A stretch of 62,860 nucleotides of DNA, filler included, from Asterionella formosa (Eukaryota), in the NCBI GenBank assembly GCA_002256025.1. It is 20 parts of 20 records of this genome, joined end to end, with 100 filler letters (N's around TTAATTAATTAA, not from the genome) between each part and the next. Parts side by side here need not be neighbours in the genome. Positions count along the whole stretch, not along the records: positions 1 to 28,027 come from NKIB01001328.1; positions 28,128 to 29,863 come from NKIB01001329.1; positions 29,964 to 31,698 come from NKIB01001330.1; positions 31,799 to 33,533 come from NKIB01001331.1; positions 33,634 to 35,368 come from NKIB01001332.1; positions 35,469 to 37,203 come from NKIB01001333.1; 14 more parts are not named here. The stretch is one strand, 5' to 3'. The first letter of the stretch is position 1. Each line of letters begins with the position of its first letter. The position numbers and the translations under genes were made by a program. Below the pieces are notes generated by a model. It was not told where the DNA came from and searched no databases. It was given only the letters and a program-made list of their open reading frames with translations. This document shows positions 23,667 to 36,679 of the stretch, one piece after another.

Positions 23667-24816
23667 GGCGTGCTGACCCAAGAATTTAAAATGGAGTCTG
23701 GGCGCACCACATCATGCTTGCTATTTATCACCAGTCTATGGAATATACCAAACGAGTACCGGTATGCTGCAAGTCCGAGTACTGTACTATACCATTGTTA
23801 TGCAAATTGGCACTAAAACCCGCGCTTTTGCGGGGGAGAATTGGAAAACCTCATTCAAAACACTATGCTTGTCGGTGAGACGTAAGGCTAAAGCAAATGA
23901 GGACATAAGTGCAGACGAGCACGCTCCGAAGTAGTAAATGCTAACAATAATCCGTGCGTGCTACTGAGAGGAACCTTGTCGTTGACAAAGGTGAGCTACC
24001 ATATATGATTACAGTACATAGCAGTATTAGCAGCATGGAGGATATCTACCAGTATTTTCTGGATTATTTACTGGTGCGTATGATAGCGTTTTCATTTACC
24101 GTACCGGCGGGATAATACAGGATGACTGTGTGTGTGTGTGTGAGAGAGAGAAGAAGAAGAGAGAACGACAGCGATACTAAATGGTTTGGCAACAAACAAA
24201 CCCCCCATCACATTTGTGAATGTGAACTTGTTTGGAGGGCGATGTTCATCTCCGGATCTAAATTCGTTCTCTCTTTGGAAGAATACTGTGCTGGAATGGA
24301 ACAGGAAAGTGTACTTCTCTCAAGCGAAGGCACGTTTTTTCACTGTTCTTCTGGAAAAGATATAAGCTATGTACAGGAATAGACATCAATGGCATGACAC
24401 ATGGATCTACCAATAGACGGAGTAAGCATTACGCCAGTGGGAATCATTCATTGCCTCCTAAATTATGGAGTCGGACTATCACCATGAGGGGACTCATTGT
24501 TCGCACCTCGAATGAGGCTGTATTTCGAGCGACTCAACCTTTGGTCTATCATGGTGGGACCCAAGGATGTGTATCCCCTCAAATTTGCTTCCTTGCTGAA
24601 TTTCCCAACTTTAAATATGCACACACTTTTCTCAAGCCGACAAAAATAGCAAAATCATGATTCGTTTCGTTCTTGCTCTTGCTCTTGCTCTTGCTCTTGC
24701 TTGCCACTGGTGTTCATGCTTATGACGAGTTCAGCCTTTTGCGAAAACTCAACAATCGCAATGCTAATGACAAGGAAGGTGTGATGAGAGGGTGAGACTT
24801 GCTTGACATATAACTT

Positions 24817-25401
24817 TTGAAGGATTCCCTCAGTTTTTCCAATGCTAACCAAATAGCTCAACTCCCTATAGACTACTTTTCGCAGTTTGCTCGTAAAATT
24901 CTCGTTTTCAATGTCATTGTCGATGTCCGTGGATTACTCTTTGCCAACACTTTCGTTGTCACCCAATACGCCACTTTGGACTGTGGCTCCATTGGCAACT
25001 CCAACAAGCGTGCAATCCCTACCATTACAATGAGTCCTTCTTCTGATTATGTTTCTCAGCCCCCTACGCCAGTCACAGATGTCGTACCCACACTTGATAC
25101 TGTTGAACCTTTGTATCCATCAGATCCTGTGTCTTTGGCACCACCAATTTTTGAAGAGCAACCATTTATTGCCAATGTTGGCGGGAACACAGGTTCCAAT
25201 GGATCAAGGCGATGGATCTTGGGTACTTGCCTTGGTATTGTTGGTGGTGTTATTCTTGCCTTGACGGCTGTTGTTACCAAGAAGCGCCTTGATCACTCCA
25301 GAAATGCCAACAAAAAGGAGTTGCAAGATAGAGAGAGCAGTGAAGAGACTTCAATTGATCATGGCGACAACATTTTGACTGTCATGACCAGCCAGTCCTG
25401 A
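24817..25401 (+). CDS. C-terminal part of a hypothetical single-pass membrane protein
   Basis: P/S/T-rich stalk, a hydrophobic helix WILGTCLGIVGGVILALTAVV and a basic stop-transfer KKR. True start and exons are unresolved. Confidence 0.45.
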   Translation: MKDSLSFSNANQIAQLPIDYFSQFARKILVFNVIVDVRGLLFANTFVVTQYATLDCGSIGNSNKRAIPTITMSPSSDYVSQPPTPVTDVVPTLDTVEPLYPSDPVSLAPPIFEEQPFIANVGGNTGSNGSRRWILGTCLGIVGGVILALTAVVTKKRLDHSRNANKKELQDRESSEETSIDHGDNILTVMTSQS

Positions 25402-26239
25402 GATCCCAGCTGTTGAGAATGCTTAGGATAAGGAAATGAGGAATGATGGGTAGTTACAATGTTATTTTTGGGTAACTGACAGCAGCTCTCATGTGGGTCA
25501 CATTTATAGACACATTGATATTTAAGAAGATGAAACCACTGCATAATGGTTTGTTTATTATGATTCTGCTGAGACCTTTGGAGGAGTTGCTATAAACTAA
25601 TTGAAACATTTCTTGATGTTCTTTCTTCATTTGAACAATGTGCATATGAAAACATTCTTATGTCGAGACACCAGTGGCGTGATCTCAGTGGACAAGAAAC
25701 TACCCACCGGTGCTTATGAGTTGCTCGTATCGTAGGAGTAAATAGTATGTGGCGTACAGGCCGCCACCCAGGAGCTCATGTAAGACGATATTTTTTCAGA
25801 TTATCATTTCTAGTCAGACAAGTCAGACACATACTAAAAAGGTTTTCAGACACATCACCAGTGGGCGTGCTCTGATAATAAAAATATTATTATATCATCC
25901 CCTGACGCTGCGGCTTAGATGATCACCTTTTGCAGAAGGTGGTTGGGTACTCACCTATGCTAACAAAACTAGGGAAGCACAGGTCTTTTTGGCAGGTAGC
26001 ACAATAAAATACTTGCCTTGAAAGGAGAGGGGAGCACGAATGGGCTATAAAACATACTAACTTTTATAACACAAATTATTTTGGTGATTTGCTACATAAT
26101 ATCGTCCTTGCGCTCTGATAATAGAGATATTTTAGATTACTTCTCTGACATAATATATATTTTTAACTTTAATTTTCAGCAGTTAAATTCTCATGTCCAT
26201 GCATCCTCTTGTATGCTAGTATGCCGCCTCTTGTTCATT

Positions 26240-27490
26240 ATGCAGGAGTTCCATAAATTCAACATTGTCAGTCACTGTCCATGTCGACTTTTATCTCATC
26301 TCCTTATGATGTTGATGATGATGACAATATGATCACATTGCTACTGTTAGTAATGTGATATCCACCAGTAAATAAGACGCCATCGTTCAGGGAAAGTTTG
26401 AATGTTAATGAGGTCAGAAGGAGAAGTGGCAAAATCCGTCGCCACGCACTACAGCATCCATTGTCACGTCCATTCTGGACTTTGTTCAACAGCAAGCATG
26501 ATGATGCTCTGATTACCTTGTGTGGGTTTGACCATGCTTCTTTCGAGCTCCTACACCAGCTTTTGAAACCTTGGTTTTATTCCTTTACTCCCTGTCGGAA
26601 AAATACGGATTTCATTGTTAGAAATTCAACAACCAAGAAAGGTCAGCAATCAAAGATACCTCTCTTCGATCAGTTGTCTAGCACTTGGGTTATCATGGAC
26701 CAGGACTCATGGTTCCTATTTGATTCTTCAGATTATTTTCGGATTAACTCATGGTTCTTTGAGTGTTTGGTTGAGGTTTTCAAGGCAAATGATTGTAAAA
26801 GTACTGCTGACATGACATGAAGATGCCATTGTGAGACTACCTACTGCAGACGAAGCCCCCTTGTCTGCAACCATGATCAATCAGAATAACCGCTTATAAC
26901 AAATTGTTGGGGAGCAATGGATGTTCTGAAACTGACCCTGCAACAGGCTGGAAATGAAACACAGCAGAACAACTTCTACAATGGATGGACTCATGAACAT
27001 TATGTGACAAACTTGTTTCTTTTTTCGCCTGATGGCAAAATTCGCTACTCATATTTAATGCACCTGGCTGGTGTTCTCCATGACTCCACCATGGCAATTT
27101 CGTCATCGATCAATGATCAGATTGAAAAAGTTTACATGGATACAGGTAAAAACGTAGTTGTGAATTCAGCATTTGCATCTAAGAAATCAAATGCAATGTT
27201 GAAATCGCATCATAAAAATGTTGATGCAAATGGTAATCCTCGACAAAGATTTGGTATGAATCGCCAAGCCACCTCAATCCAACAGTTGTCGGAATGGGGA
27301 ATGCGATGCCTTCAGGGATCGTTTCCGAGAATCAAAGACAAATTTCGTTATGAAAAAAGGCGAGAGAAAATTAACACTCCAAATGATTGTATTGCTTTAC
27401 AACTTTCGTGCTAGCAAAGTTGGTCAGAACCAAATTGCTTCAGTGTATATGCCCTATTGGCATAGGAATACAAATAGATATGCTATGTAA
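26240..27490 (+). pseudogene. Frameshifted PIF/Harbinger DDE transposase
   Basis: DDALITLCGFDHASF, FYNGWTHEHYVTNLFLFSPDG, GVLHDS, VVVNSAF and EWGMRCLQGSFPR are spread over several frames with stops. Ends approximate. Confidence 0.8.
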
Positions 27491-28027
27491 TTCATAGAAT
27501 TTATTCATTCATGATTATTTACTACCACTTCTTTCATATTATATTAGAATGAATTAGGAATGAATTAGTTTAAGGTTATTCATCATCACTACTACTACCA
27601 CTGTTATTTTTTGGTGTTTGACATTGAGTTGAGGCAGACAAAGTTTGTTGTGCATTGGAACCTGCTGTTGAATTTAGATTTTGGCTTTGCATTATTTGCT
27701 GTATTGAAATCATGTTCGAAGCAATAATTGAATTAATTACTGCCTTATGGGATCAGCACTGTCAGTGGAAGTAGTTGTGAGAGGTACCCCACAATTCAAT
27801 AACAATGCTATGATTGACATCATGAGCATGATCATGTTCATCATGTTTTGTTGCTGTTGTTGTTGTTGCTGCTGCTGCAGGTTATCAGTATCAGTTCGAG
27901 TAGCCTTGTGAAGCAACTGCGTCGAAAGAAGAGAAAGCACTTTCTCAACAGGCCCAGTATTGCTCGACACTGCCTTATCTCTAAATCGAGGGGACACCAT
28001 AGGTCGAGGAAATCTTGAACCATAGAA

Positions 28028-28127
28028 NNNNNNNNNNNNNNNNNNNNNNNNNNNNNNNNNNNNNNNNNNNNTTAATTAATTAANNNNNNNNNNNNNNNNN
28101 NNNNNNNNNNNNNNNNNNNNNNNNNNN
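28028..28127. other. Artificial contig linker N44-TTAATTAATTAA-N44 (first of 19; then roughly every 1.83 kb to 61030-61129)
   Basis: Identical 100-nt spacer with stop codons in all six frames. The intervening contigs decrease in length from 1736 to 1731 nt. Confidence 0.98.
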
Positions 28128-29863
28128 TTACCAAGAAGGCTCAAGCCAAGGGCAAGTTTCAAGCCAAGGGAGGGAGCAATATTGCTTCTCAATCAATCAA
28201 GAAGTCAGTCAATGACTATAACTACTACCTCGGATCATCGAAGCAGGCATCTGATTATGAGACTACTACTGAGTACCTCATCAATCATATCAAGAAAGTG
28301 TTCGACTATGGCAACGACATAGGAACCGCGCTCGAGTTATTAGAACCAATGAGCACATTGGCATGGAAGCCAAGAATGCAAGTGAGCATTGCAACAACAG
28401 AAGAAGATCGCGCTGCAGAGAATTGACAATATGAGATTGAGTTCAAGGCTGACTATGACACCTACAGTAAAAGGGTACAGGCCTACGAAAATAATAATAC
28501 CAAGGCATATGCGTTGCTCTGGGAAAGATGCAACAAAGCCATGAAGAACAAGATTGAAGCAAGATCCGATTACAATAGGATCAAAAATAACCCAATAACA
28601 TTGCTTATGGCAATTAAAGAACACGCACTAAATTTTCAAGAAAATCGATATTCTATGTCGATCATTTTAAATGCGATGAGAACGCTTTTATTTACAAAGC
28701 AGAAAGATGGAGAAAGTCTACAAGACTACACCAAGAGATTTCGTGTGGCACGAGATGTGCTAAAGTCATACATGGGAGGACCCATTATCCTCACCAAGTT
28801 TGTTGAAGCCATGGATGGATACAACGAGACCGACATCAAGCAACGAGATAAATTTCGTGAACAAGCTTTCAGTCAATTTATGGCATATTTATATCTCGAT
28901 AATGCCGACAAGACCAAATACGGATCAATTATGACCGGGCTGAACACTCAACAGTCACTCGGCAACGATCAATACCCAAAGACCATCACCGAATCAAATA
29001 ATGTTCTCAGCAACCATCGGTTTGACGTAACAAATAAATCTGTCTACAAGAAACCAGGAGATAATGATAAAGAGAGGAAACAAAAGGATGGAGGCAAGGA
29101 AGACGAAGATGTGAACTTATCGTTTGCACAGCTAGAAGGAAAATGTTACTGCTGCGGAAAAGCAGGTCACAAATCTCCTTCGTGTCGAGACAAGAATAAA
29201 CCCAAAGAGGAATGGGCAATTAACAAGGCCCAAAGCCATGCACAGGCACAGGCTAATACATCCGACACAAGTACAGTTACCTCTGTTAATTCCAACAACC
29301 CACCGTCATCACAAGCTTCACAACAAGCAAATGCCAATCAATTTGGATGGATGGGAGCTCATATGAAACTACAATTTTACCAAGCATCTGAGATGCGTGA
29401 CTGGATACTATTGGATAATCAATCAAGTGTCACAGTCTTTTGCAATCCAAAAATGGTTAATAACATTCGAATGTCAACCAACGGAAGCATGCACCTGGCC
29501 ACAAATGGTGGATCCATGGTAACTAATATGAAGGCTGATCTTCCAGAATGGGGAGAAGTATGGTTCAATGAAAAGGCAATCACAAACATCTTCAGTTATG
29601 CCGAAATGGCAGATAGGTACAGAATTACCTATGACTCTGAGAAAGAAGATGCATTCATTGTTCATTTGCCTGACAAAACAGTTCGATTTGAAAGAATTGG
29701 GATGAACTTATATGTTTTCAAGCCAACTACAAGAACGAGAGCGGAGAATGCTCAAATGTTAAATACACTTGAAGAAAACAAAACATTTTACACTGAACGT
29801 CAATTTCAGAGAGCTAAGCGAGCTCGTGATCTATTTCATGCCTTGGGTACACCATCAATTAAT
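28128..29863 (+). mobile_element. Ty1/copia (CoDi-like) gag-protease fragment
   Basis: Zinc knuckle CYCCGKAGHKSPSC, protease WILLDNQSS and RARDLFHALGTPS. One in-frame TGA near 28424. Truncated at both contig ends. Confidence 0.9.
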
Positions 29864-30318
29864 NNNNNNNNNNNNNNNNNNNNNNNNNNNNNNNNNNNNN
29901 NNNNNNNTTAATTAATTAANNNNNNNNNNNNNNNNNNNNNNNNNNNNNNNNNNNNNNNNNNNNCATAAACTAAAGGGAACTGATGGTGTTTTGCCAACCG
30001 TGTGTAAGTACCTACAGGTACCGTCCTTACCTTCCCAGTCTGCAGACAGTCATACATGGGCATGTACATATCTGTAGCTATCTATAGTTTTAAAGAGATG
30101 ATAGTTATTCATAGATGGATGCATGTGCGAGTCTACTTGTGTGTGAGTACTGGTGCCAGGTACTATCTATTGTATCATCTATTGTACTGGTACCGATATG
30201 TTGCACAGATATTTTGGTATGTATAGTATATAGGGAGCGCAATAACGCCAAATCTAGAAATAGGCTCCCGGTAGGATAACGGCACTATAAAAATTATTGA
30301 TATATATATATATATACA

Positions 30319-31157
30319 CGATTGATTTGAATTTAAATCATGCCCATCATAGGGATACCTATATATGTAACACACATATTTTTGCATGTAAACGTATGTA
30401 CCGGTATAAGATTGATTTAATTAAATCATGTCCGTCATAGTGATACATATGTACAGGACGAGGTATGTTTCACAGATATTTGTATTTAAACGTACTACGT
30501 GTACGATTGATTTGAATTCAAATCAGGACCATGATGATAGGGATAGGGATAGGGAATGACATTGGTATATCTAAAGGTGATTGAAAGTACCCTGGTACCT
30601 GGTACTCGCAATATCAAGTAGTTGTACAAACACGGTGGCATTGTTATCTACTGGTAATGAAGGGGATGCAATAACACGTTCTCGTACAAACAAGGTGACA
30701 TCATTGGTATGTATTGTCACCTCGTACTCAGGCTAGAACACGTTATTGTACTGACAAGGTGACAACATTGGTATCTATTGGTGATGGAGGGGAAGCAATA
30801 ACACGAGGTGACATTGGTATCGATTGTCACCTCGTACTTGGGTCAAAAGTAACATCAAACGAGCTAAAAAATATCTACCTATGATCTTATTTAATGGAAA
30901 TAATATCTAACCAGAAAGTATGATCTGAAATTTTTTAGTAGCAAGATATATTAATGTTAAAAGAAAGATCAAAAAAGCTAAAGATTGTTATCTATGATCA
31001 TATTTATTGGCAATCATATCTAACCAAAGTATGATCTGTAAATTTTTAGTAGTAAAATATATTTATGTTAAAAGTAAGATCAAAAAAGCTAAAAATTGTT
31101 ATTTGTGATCTTTTTTATTGGCAATCATTTCTAACCAGGAGGAGGTATGATCTGTAA
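30319..31157 (+). repeat. Three adjacent, unrelated minisatellite arrays (~90-bp, ~125-bp and ~112-bp units)
   Basis: GATTGATTT(G)AATT...AAATCA x3 (30319-30545). GCAATAACACG..GGTGACA..TGTCACCTCGTACT x2 (30620-30845). ATCAAAAAAGCTAAA..TCTAACCA..GTATGATCTG x~2.7 (30846-31157). Confidence 0.8.
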
Positions 31158-31910
31158 TTCATAAAGTTTGATTCGAGCGATTCATCTACCGGTAAATATT
31201 TTATGATTTGTACCATATGAAAAATGTCGTATGACTCCCGCTAATTGATGGGCTTAATTAAATTAGTTACTTGTAGGTACAAGAATTGATGCGGAAAAAT
31301 TCAAAGATAGTACATCAGGTCGTGGAAAACAATGATATCCTCATGCATAGTATATATTTCAATTATGTATAAGCTTAACTGATGATAGTATAAACATTAT
31401 GTGTATATATTTATACGTCCTCAAATTTTTATAATTGTATACATAGCCTATACATTTGAAATCATGTTTAGAGGTTCCTTGTTATGCATACCGGTAACAC
31501 ATGATCCTGAAATGAAAGACAATCTCTGCCTTGTGACAAGGAAAACTGATAGAACGACGCTTGAACGCACACAATGATGACAAAGCTTGCGGCTTAGAAG
31601 GATTGAAAATGGAAGAGTGAATGGAATCTAGCTATGGTATGTCAAGAGCACATGCCAAGGTAATCAATTGTTGGGTTCACAAAGACTAAATGATTGCTNN
31701 NNNNNNNNNNNNNNNNNNNNNNNNNNNNNNNNNNNNNNNNNNTTAATTAATTAANNNNNNNNNNNNNNNNNNNNNNNNNNNNNNNNNNNNNNNNNNNNCA
31801 TTATCCCGTGCCCTGTGTTTCACTATTGCAACTAATATTGGCCCCGATAATTTAGTCAGTCCAATGAATGAGGCTGAACATTTAAAGAAAAATGGGTATT
31901 CTAGTGTTGT

Positions 31911-33350
31911 TTATCGCCCGTCTACTATCTTGTCATAAATCCGCTTCATTTTGGCCAGAATGTGTGATGTTTCACCGCATCGGATTTCGCGAGACTTGGC
32001 TATCATTTCCACGTTACGATCAAGTAGTGCCATCCCACGATCGAGAAGGTCTCGCTCGACCAACCTTGACTGAAAAAGTGGAAGGATCGTGGCTCCATCT
32101 TCTTGAACTGCGGATCGACTGGAGTTACAAACGATACGATACCGCAACGGAATGGAAAGATACTTGGACATCATAACGAGAGAATGGCAAATGTATCCCA
32201 ATGCAGCTGAGATTTCGTCTTCCGTCACTAAGCCCACATGCAACTCTGAAGGCAATTCTATACCCCGAATAAAGTAATGATGCTCAGGTTTGCATTGAAT
32301 GGGATAAATGGCGCGAAGCTCTTTCAGCAGTTTGATACGCTGACCTTCGACGACTAGATCAAGGTCCTTTTGTTCTTCAAGCACCTTTGCAGCATAGACC
32401 CGAATATCTTGAGTTTCTTTCTCTATGCTCTGAATCTGTTCAAATATTTCTCTTATCCCATCTTTATTTTGGTTGAACAAGTTTGTGTCGAACTCCAACA
32501 GTCTCTGTTCATCTTCTATAATAGCCTCTAATGCAATCTTTTCACTTTGCAATTCTCTGACCTCGCATTCCAAGATACTTGAAATGGATTGCTCATTCTC
32601 TACTTCATACTCGTTTATTAAATTCGTAATTGGTGATACCAAGGCTTCGTTGACTGTTTCAAGCAGACTCGATTGTGCTGGATGGATCTGGCAGACGACC
32701 TTGTCCAACTCTGTAAACATCTTGTCCTCAAAACGAAGGGCCCGCCCACTTTCTTCGTCCTCCTCCTCCAGTAATGGCAAATCAACTGCGCTAACTTCTT
32801 CAATGATATTTCTTTGCAGCAGCAACTGATACAGGCTAGGATGCACTCGTGTGGATCCATCCGAGTACTGAATCACGACGGAATTAATTGGAAGTGCTTT
32901 TGGAGGGTGGTGAGGTTGGCCCCAAGATACCAGTTGATCATCATTGTCTTCGGGCAATTGACGTAGATTACTTAGAAGAAGTGACATGTCATCAATCAAT
33001 ATGGTTTCTTTGTCGCCACCAAGAATGACAACTCGAATCTTCGGGGCCAAGTCCCACTGTTCGGGTTTTATCCGGTCCTCCAGATGATACCAACTCGGGT
33101 GCACTGAAGGCTGGTCCAGCTTGGCCGAGAAAAACACAATCTCCTTCATTGTTGTTACTCCCTGGCGGTCGGTAAATGTCTCCTGTCGATAAATATCCAA
33201 TCTAGTCTGTACTAAAAGACGAGCGGTGTGTTCCGGTCGGAAGAGGCGCGACGTGGCTGCATTTTCATTTGGCGGAAATAAGTTGAACACAGTAATCGCA
33301 ACTGGTATCAGAGCGGTCTCCTCCAGTGACTTTGGGCTCGAGTATAGCAT
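31911..33350 (-). CDS. UVRAG/Vps38-like (Atg14 family) PI3K complex subunit
   Basis: Long coiled coil followed by LLKELRAIYPI, IRGIELP, ISAALGYICH, KYLSIPLRY and LPLF, typical of the BARA-related region. Intronless 479-aa ORF. Confidence 0.8.
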   Translation of the reverse strand: MLYSSPKSLEETALIPVAITVFNLFPPNENAATSRLFRPEHTARLLVQTRLDIYRQETFTDRQGVTTMKEIVFFSAKLDQPSVHPSWYHLEDRIKPEQWDLAPKIRVVILGGDKETILIDDMSLLLSNLRQLPEDNDDQLVSWGQPHHPPKALPINSVVIQYSDGSTRVHPSLYQLLLQRNIIEEVSAVDLPLLEEEDEESGRALRFEDKMFTELDKVVCQIHPAQSSLLETVNEALVSPITNLINEYEVENEQSISSILECEVRELQSEKIALEAIIEDEQRLLEFDTNLFNQNKDGIREIFEQIQSIEKETQDIRVYAAKVLEEQKDLDLVVEGQRIKLLKELRAIYPIQCKPEHHYFIRGIELPSELHVGLVTEDEISAALGYICHSLVMMSKYLSIPLRYRIVCNSSRSAVQEDGATILPLFQSRLVERDLLDRGMALLDRNVEMIAKSREIRCGETSHILAKMKRIYDKIVDGR

Positions 33351-35490
33351 AGTATCAGTAGTTGAATGACGAGTAATGGTTCACTGTAAGCAGATCATCA
33401 GGTCGTCAGACAGGAGAGACAGCATTTATTGTGATGTTGGTCGTGTACTTTGTATTACAGTATAAATGTCCCGGTCAGACAATACCCTATATCGTATGAT
33501 TTTTACATGATGAAAATAATGGCTTTGTGTTTTNNNNNNNNNNNNNNNNNNNNNNNNNNNNNNNNNNNNNNNNNNNNTTAATTAATTAANNNNNNNNNNN
33601 NNNNNNNNNNNNNNNNNNNNNNNNNNNNNNNNNATTTTTCTTCTTGGTGCTGAAAGGAAAATTCCGATTGAAACAAAAATATTTGGATTTCAATCCACAT
33701 ACCGATGAAACTTCAGAGAACGATATTCGTCATTCTACTGATTTTGTCGACATTGGTGGGAAACCACTTATTAAAAAAAGTGTGAGGGAAGAAAGTTCAG
33801 TTTCAAATGGTCTCACTGATCAATAATAGAAACAATACATATAATAATTAAATATAAATAGTCAAAAGGGTTACTATTTCAATTACAAGAGCATTTATCA
33901 AAATTATTAGATGATATAAAGAAAAATTATGATCAGATGATCACAATCCTATGATGCATTATGGAAATATGATATTTTGTATTTGCAGATGTAGTAGTAT
34001 CCATGGGAGGGCAGTGGTAGCAGCAGAATATAGTGTTTACTGTAGTAGTATACCGATATTTCATGCATGTATATGCTTGTATATTGGTATTAACCTTATA
34101 CATCTCTATTGATGATGATGTATTGTAAAATAGTTTTTGGAATAATTCAATATATATATTTACAATATTTGATCATAGGCATGTGATCATTTTTTGTATG
34201 TGTATACTGGTAATCTGGTGGTGGCTGATGCTAGTGACATTGTGATGATGATGTCGTGTCCTAATATTTTTATTTGAGCAAGATCTCAATCCACTGCACC
34301 AAAATCGATACTCCTCATTTCTCAGTCAGAACAGCCAAGTTGTCAGGAGCATTGAGCTTTAGTAGACAAATTTTCAGTCTGCATGTGCAATCCAAATAAT
34401 GTTGTTAGTCATGGCATCTGAATCCTATCTACACACCACAACAGTTCCATGTATCATCAATTCAACTTATCAATTAGCAATAGAGTATAAGTTCAATCTT
34501 TTTGATCAACCTGGGTTATGGCTCTTCTTTTCAAGTTAACGACTTTTATCTTTTTGGATTTATGGGTTTTTTACATGTTTTCTAATCCCGAAAACCTGGA
34601 GTGGTAGAAAACCTTCTTGTTTGAGCGCAGAAATGACCTGGTCATTTTCTTTGTACTTACATTTCAAAAATAAATGAATATTTCTACACTTTTAGCGGCA
34701 AGTTGATTGAGAGGCATTGACTTTCGATACGGCTTTCTCTAACATTCATCTTGATATTTAAGCTGTTGTGCACGGACTGTTCTGGCAGGAATTCTAGAAA
34801 CTTTCATTGCTTGTTTTCGATCATTCGAAGTATTGAGCTTCGTTGCCTAAAGGCAATACTATTCAGGAATTAGCAGAACTGCACTATCTATCATGGGATT
34901 TTTCAGGGTTACTAAGTGTACTCACTTGCTTTGCGTTTACGCAACAACTGGGCTATTAGGTGAGCATTGTTGATTCTTGTTGCCAGGTGTTTTTGTGTGT
35001 GAACAAAAAACTTCCCATGGTCAAATAAATGAGCCTTTCCTATTGCTAAATATGCATAGCCTCCTAATTTCTACAATTTCATCATGTCTTCATGAAAAAT
35101 CGTTTAGTATAAGTTACTGAAATATGGATACATGCGGGAATCGAGCTCATACATTGACTTAATGCCTGTGTAGTCAGTCTATTCTGACTGAAAACGGCTG
35201 GCAACAAAGCATTCGCTAACCCGCACCATGCAATGTAATGACAATACGTCTGGTATGTCCTCCACCCCAACCTCCTTGGTCGCGGTGTTCATTCAAGTAT
35301 ATGCCTTGCCAAGTGCCCAGAGCCAGGCGGCCATTGCGGATTGGAATATTGAGTGAAGGACCCATCAANNNNNNNNNNNNNNNNNNNNNNNNNNNNNNNN
35401 NNNNNNNNNNNNTTAATTAATTAANNNNNNNNNNNNNNNNNNNNNNNNNNNNNNNNNNNNNNNNNNNNATGTACAGATAGAAAAATATGC

Positions 35491-35697
35491 ACTGTAAGCC
35501 ACCGCTATGCAATAATCTTAGTGACTTTGGAAAAATTATTTCTTCATGGCTAGATACACTGAATCAAAACTGATTCCTTAATAGTATAGCAGAGAGCATT
35601 GTCTAACATAAGCTTTGTACTTGCGTCAAGTTTTGATCGTTGAATTACATAAATATTTTTAGTCGAAAGATAGAGTAAAATAGCGGTGGCTTACAGT
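35491..35697. mobile_element. 207-bp MITE with perfect 18-bp TIRs
   Basis: ACTGTAAGCCACCGCTAT (35491-35508) and ATAGCGGTGGCTTACAGT (35680-35697). Confidence 0.75.
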
Positions 35698-35717
35698 TTT
35701 TAAGTGGTACTATGTAA

Positions 35718-35844
35718 CTATGTAGGCTAGGGTTTAAATGTTTGTAGAAAGAGGCGGGGAACGAAATATCTTTTTCCAATAAATATAGGAAAAAGATATT
35801 TCGTCCCCCTCTTTTTATAAACCCTTAAACCCTAGCCTACATAG
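35718..35844. repeat. 127-bp near-perfect palindrome (fold-back mini-element)
   Basis: CTATGTAGGCTAGGGTTTAA...ACGAAATATCTTTTTCC, a 10-nt loop, then GGAAAAAGATATTTCGT...TTAAACCCTAGCCTACATAG. Confidence 0.88.
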
Positions 35845-36679
35845 CCTTCATATAAACCACCAATTATTTTTTTTCTAGTACACGGAAATCAGTTGGCTTG
35901 ATGACACTGCCGTGACGGCTGCTACTCATACTACACATGCACATCATTGTGTTCAAATTGACTCTGATGGCCTCAACTAAAGCAGTCAGAGCCTATTGAG
36001 GACAATACAGAGGAGGGACTGGATGGCCCTGTACAGGCGTTCTACGGCGCTGTAATTCGAAGATACAGAGCGCAGTTGTGCACTTGAATGATCACCCCTT
36101 GACCCTCAGTCTACATGATGTCAAGGCGAGATAATTGTGGAGTTCATCATCTTTGCAGGCTTCCATTAAAAGATCAACAGAGGGAAAGCGACGTTACCTC
36201 CCAACGATGTTATGTCAACTCAAGGTGAATCTTGGGAAGCTAATGCAACAAATGGAATCATCAATGGATCTGATGCTGCTCAGCTCGCAGTTCATTTGGA
36301 ACAATTTTTGTAGTGTGATATACAGGAATATATAGTGTATAAACTGCAATTGTTGAAAGCACAAAATCGGTAGGACGAACATGAACTGAAATCAGCAAAG
36401 CGCAACCTTAATGACACTCTAAGTCAAATGATGAAGAACCGACGACCAGAAAAAATTGCACAGATTGTGGATGCTTTGGAAAATGAAAGTGAAGATGGAA
36501 CAGAAAGCAACAGCGAAGATGAGAATGACAGGAGGTATCAACCTGATTATGACAATAATTTATCATCAGAAGAGCCCTTGCGAGTGAGGTATCTGATCTC
36601 GTTCAAGTTTTCTATTGACGAATATGAAGGGCATGAAATGCCCTCAATTCTATGTTCTCTTAACAAGTTGTGAGATGAG

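Noticed and set aside
24126..24704. (TG)n(AG)n and (TTGCTC)n microsatellites
   Set aside because: Ordinary short simple repeats.
28072..28083. Regularly spaced TTAATTAATTAA as a biological repeat
   Set aside because: Always embedded in identical N runs. It is a synthetic six-frame stop linker.
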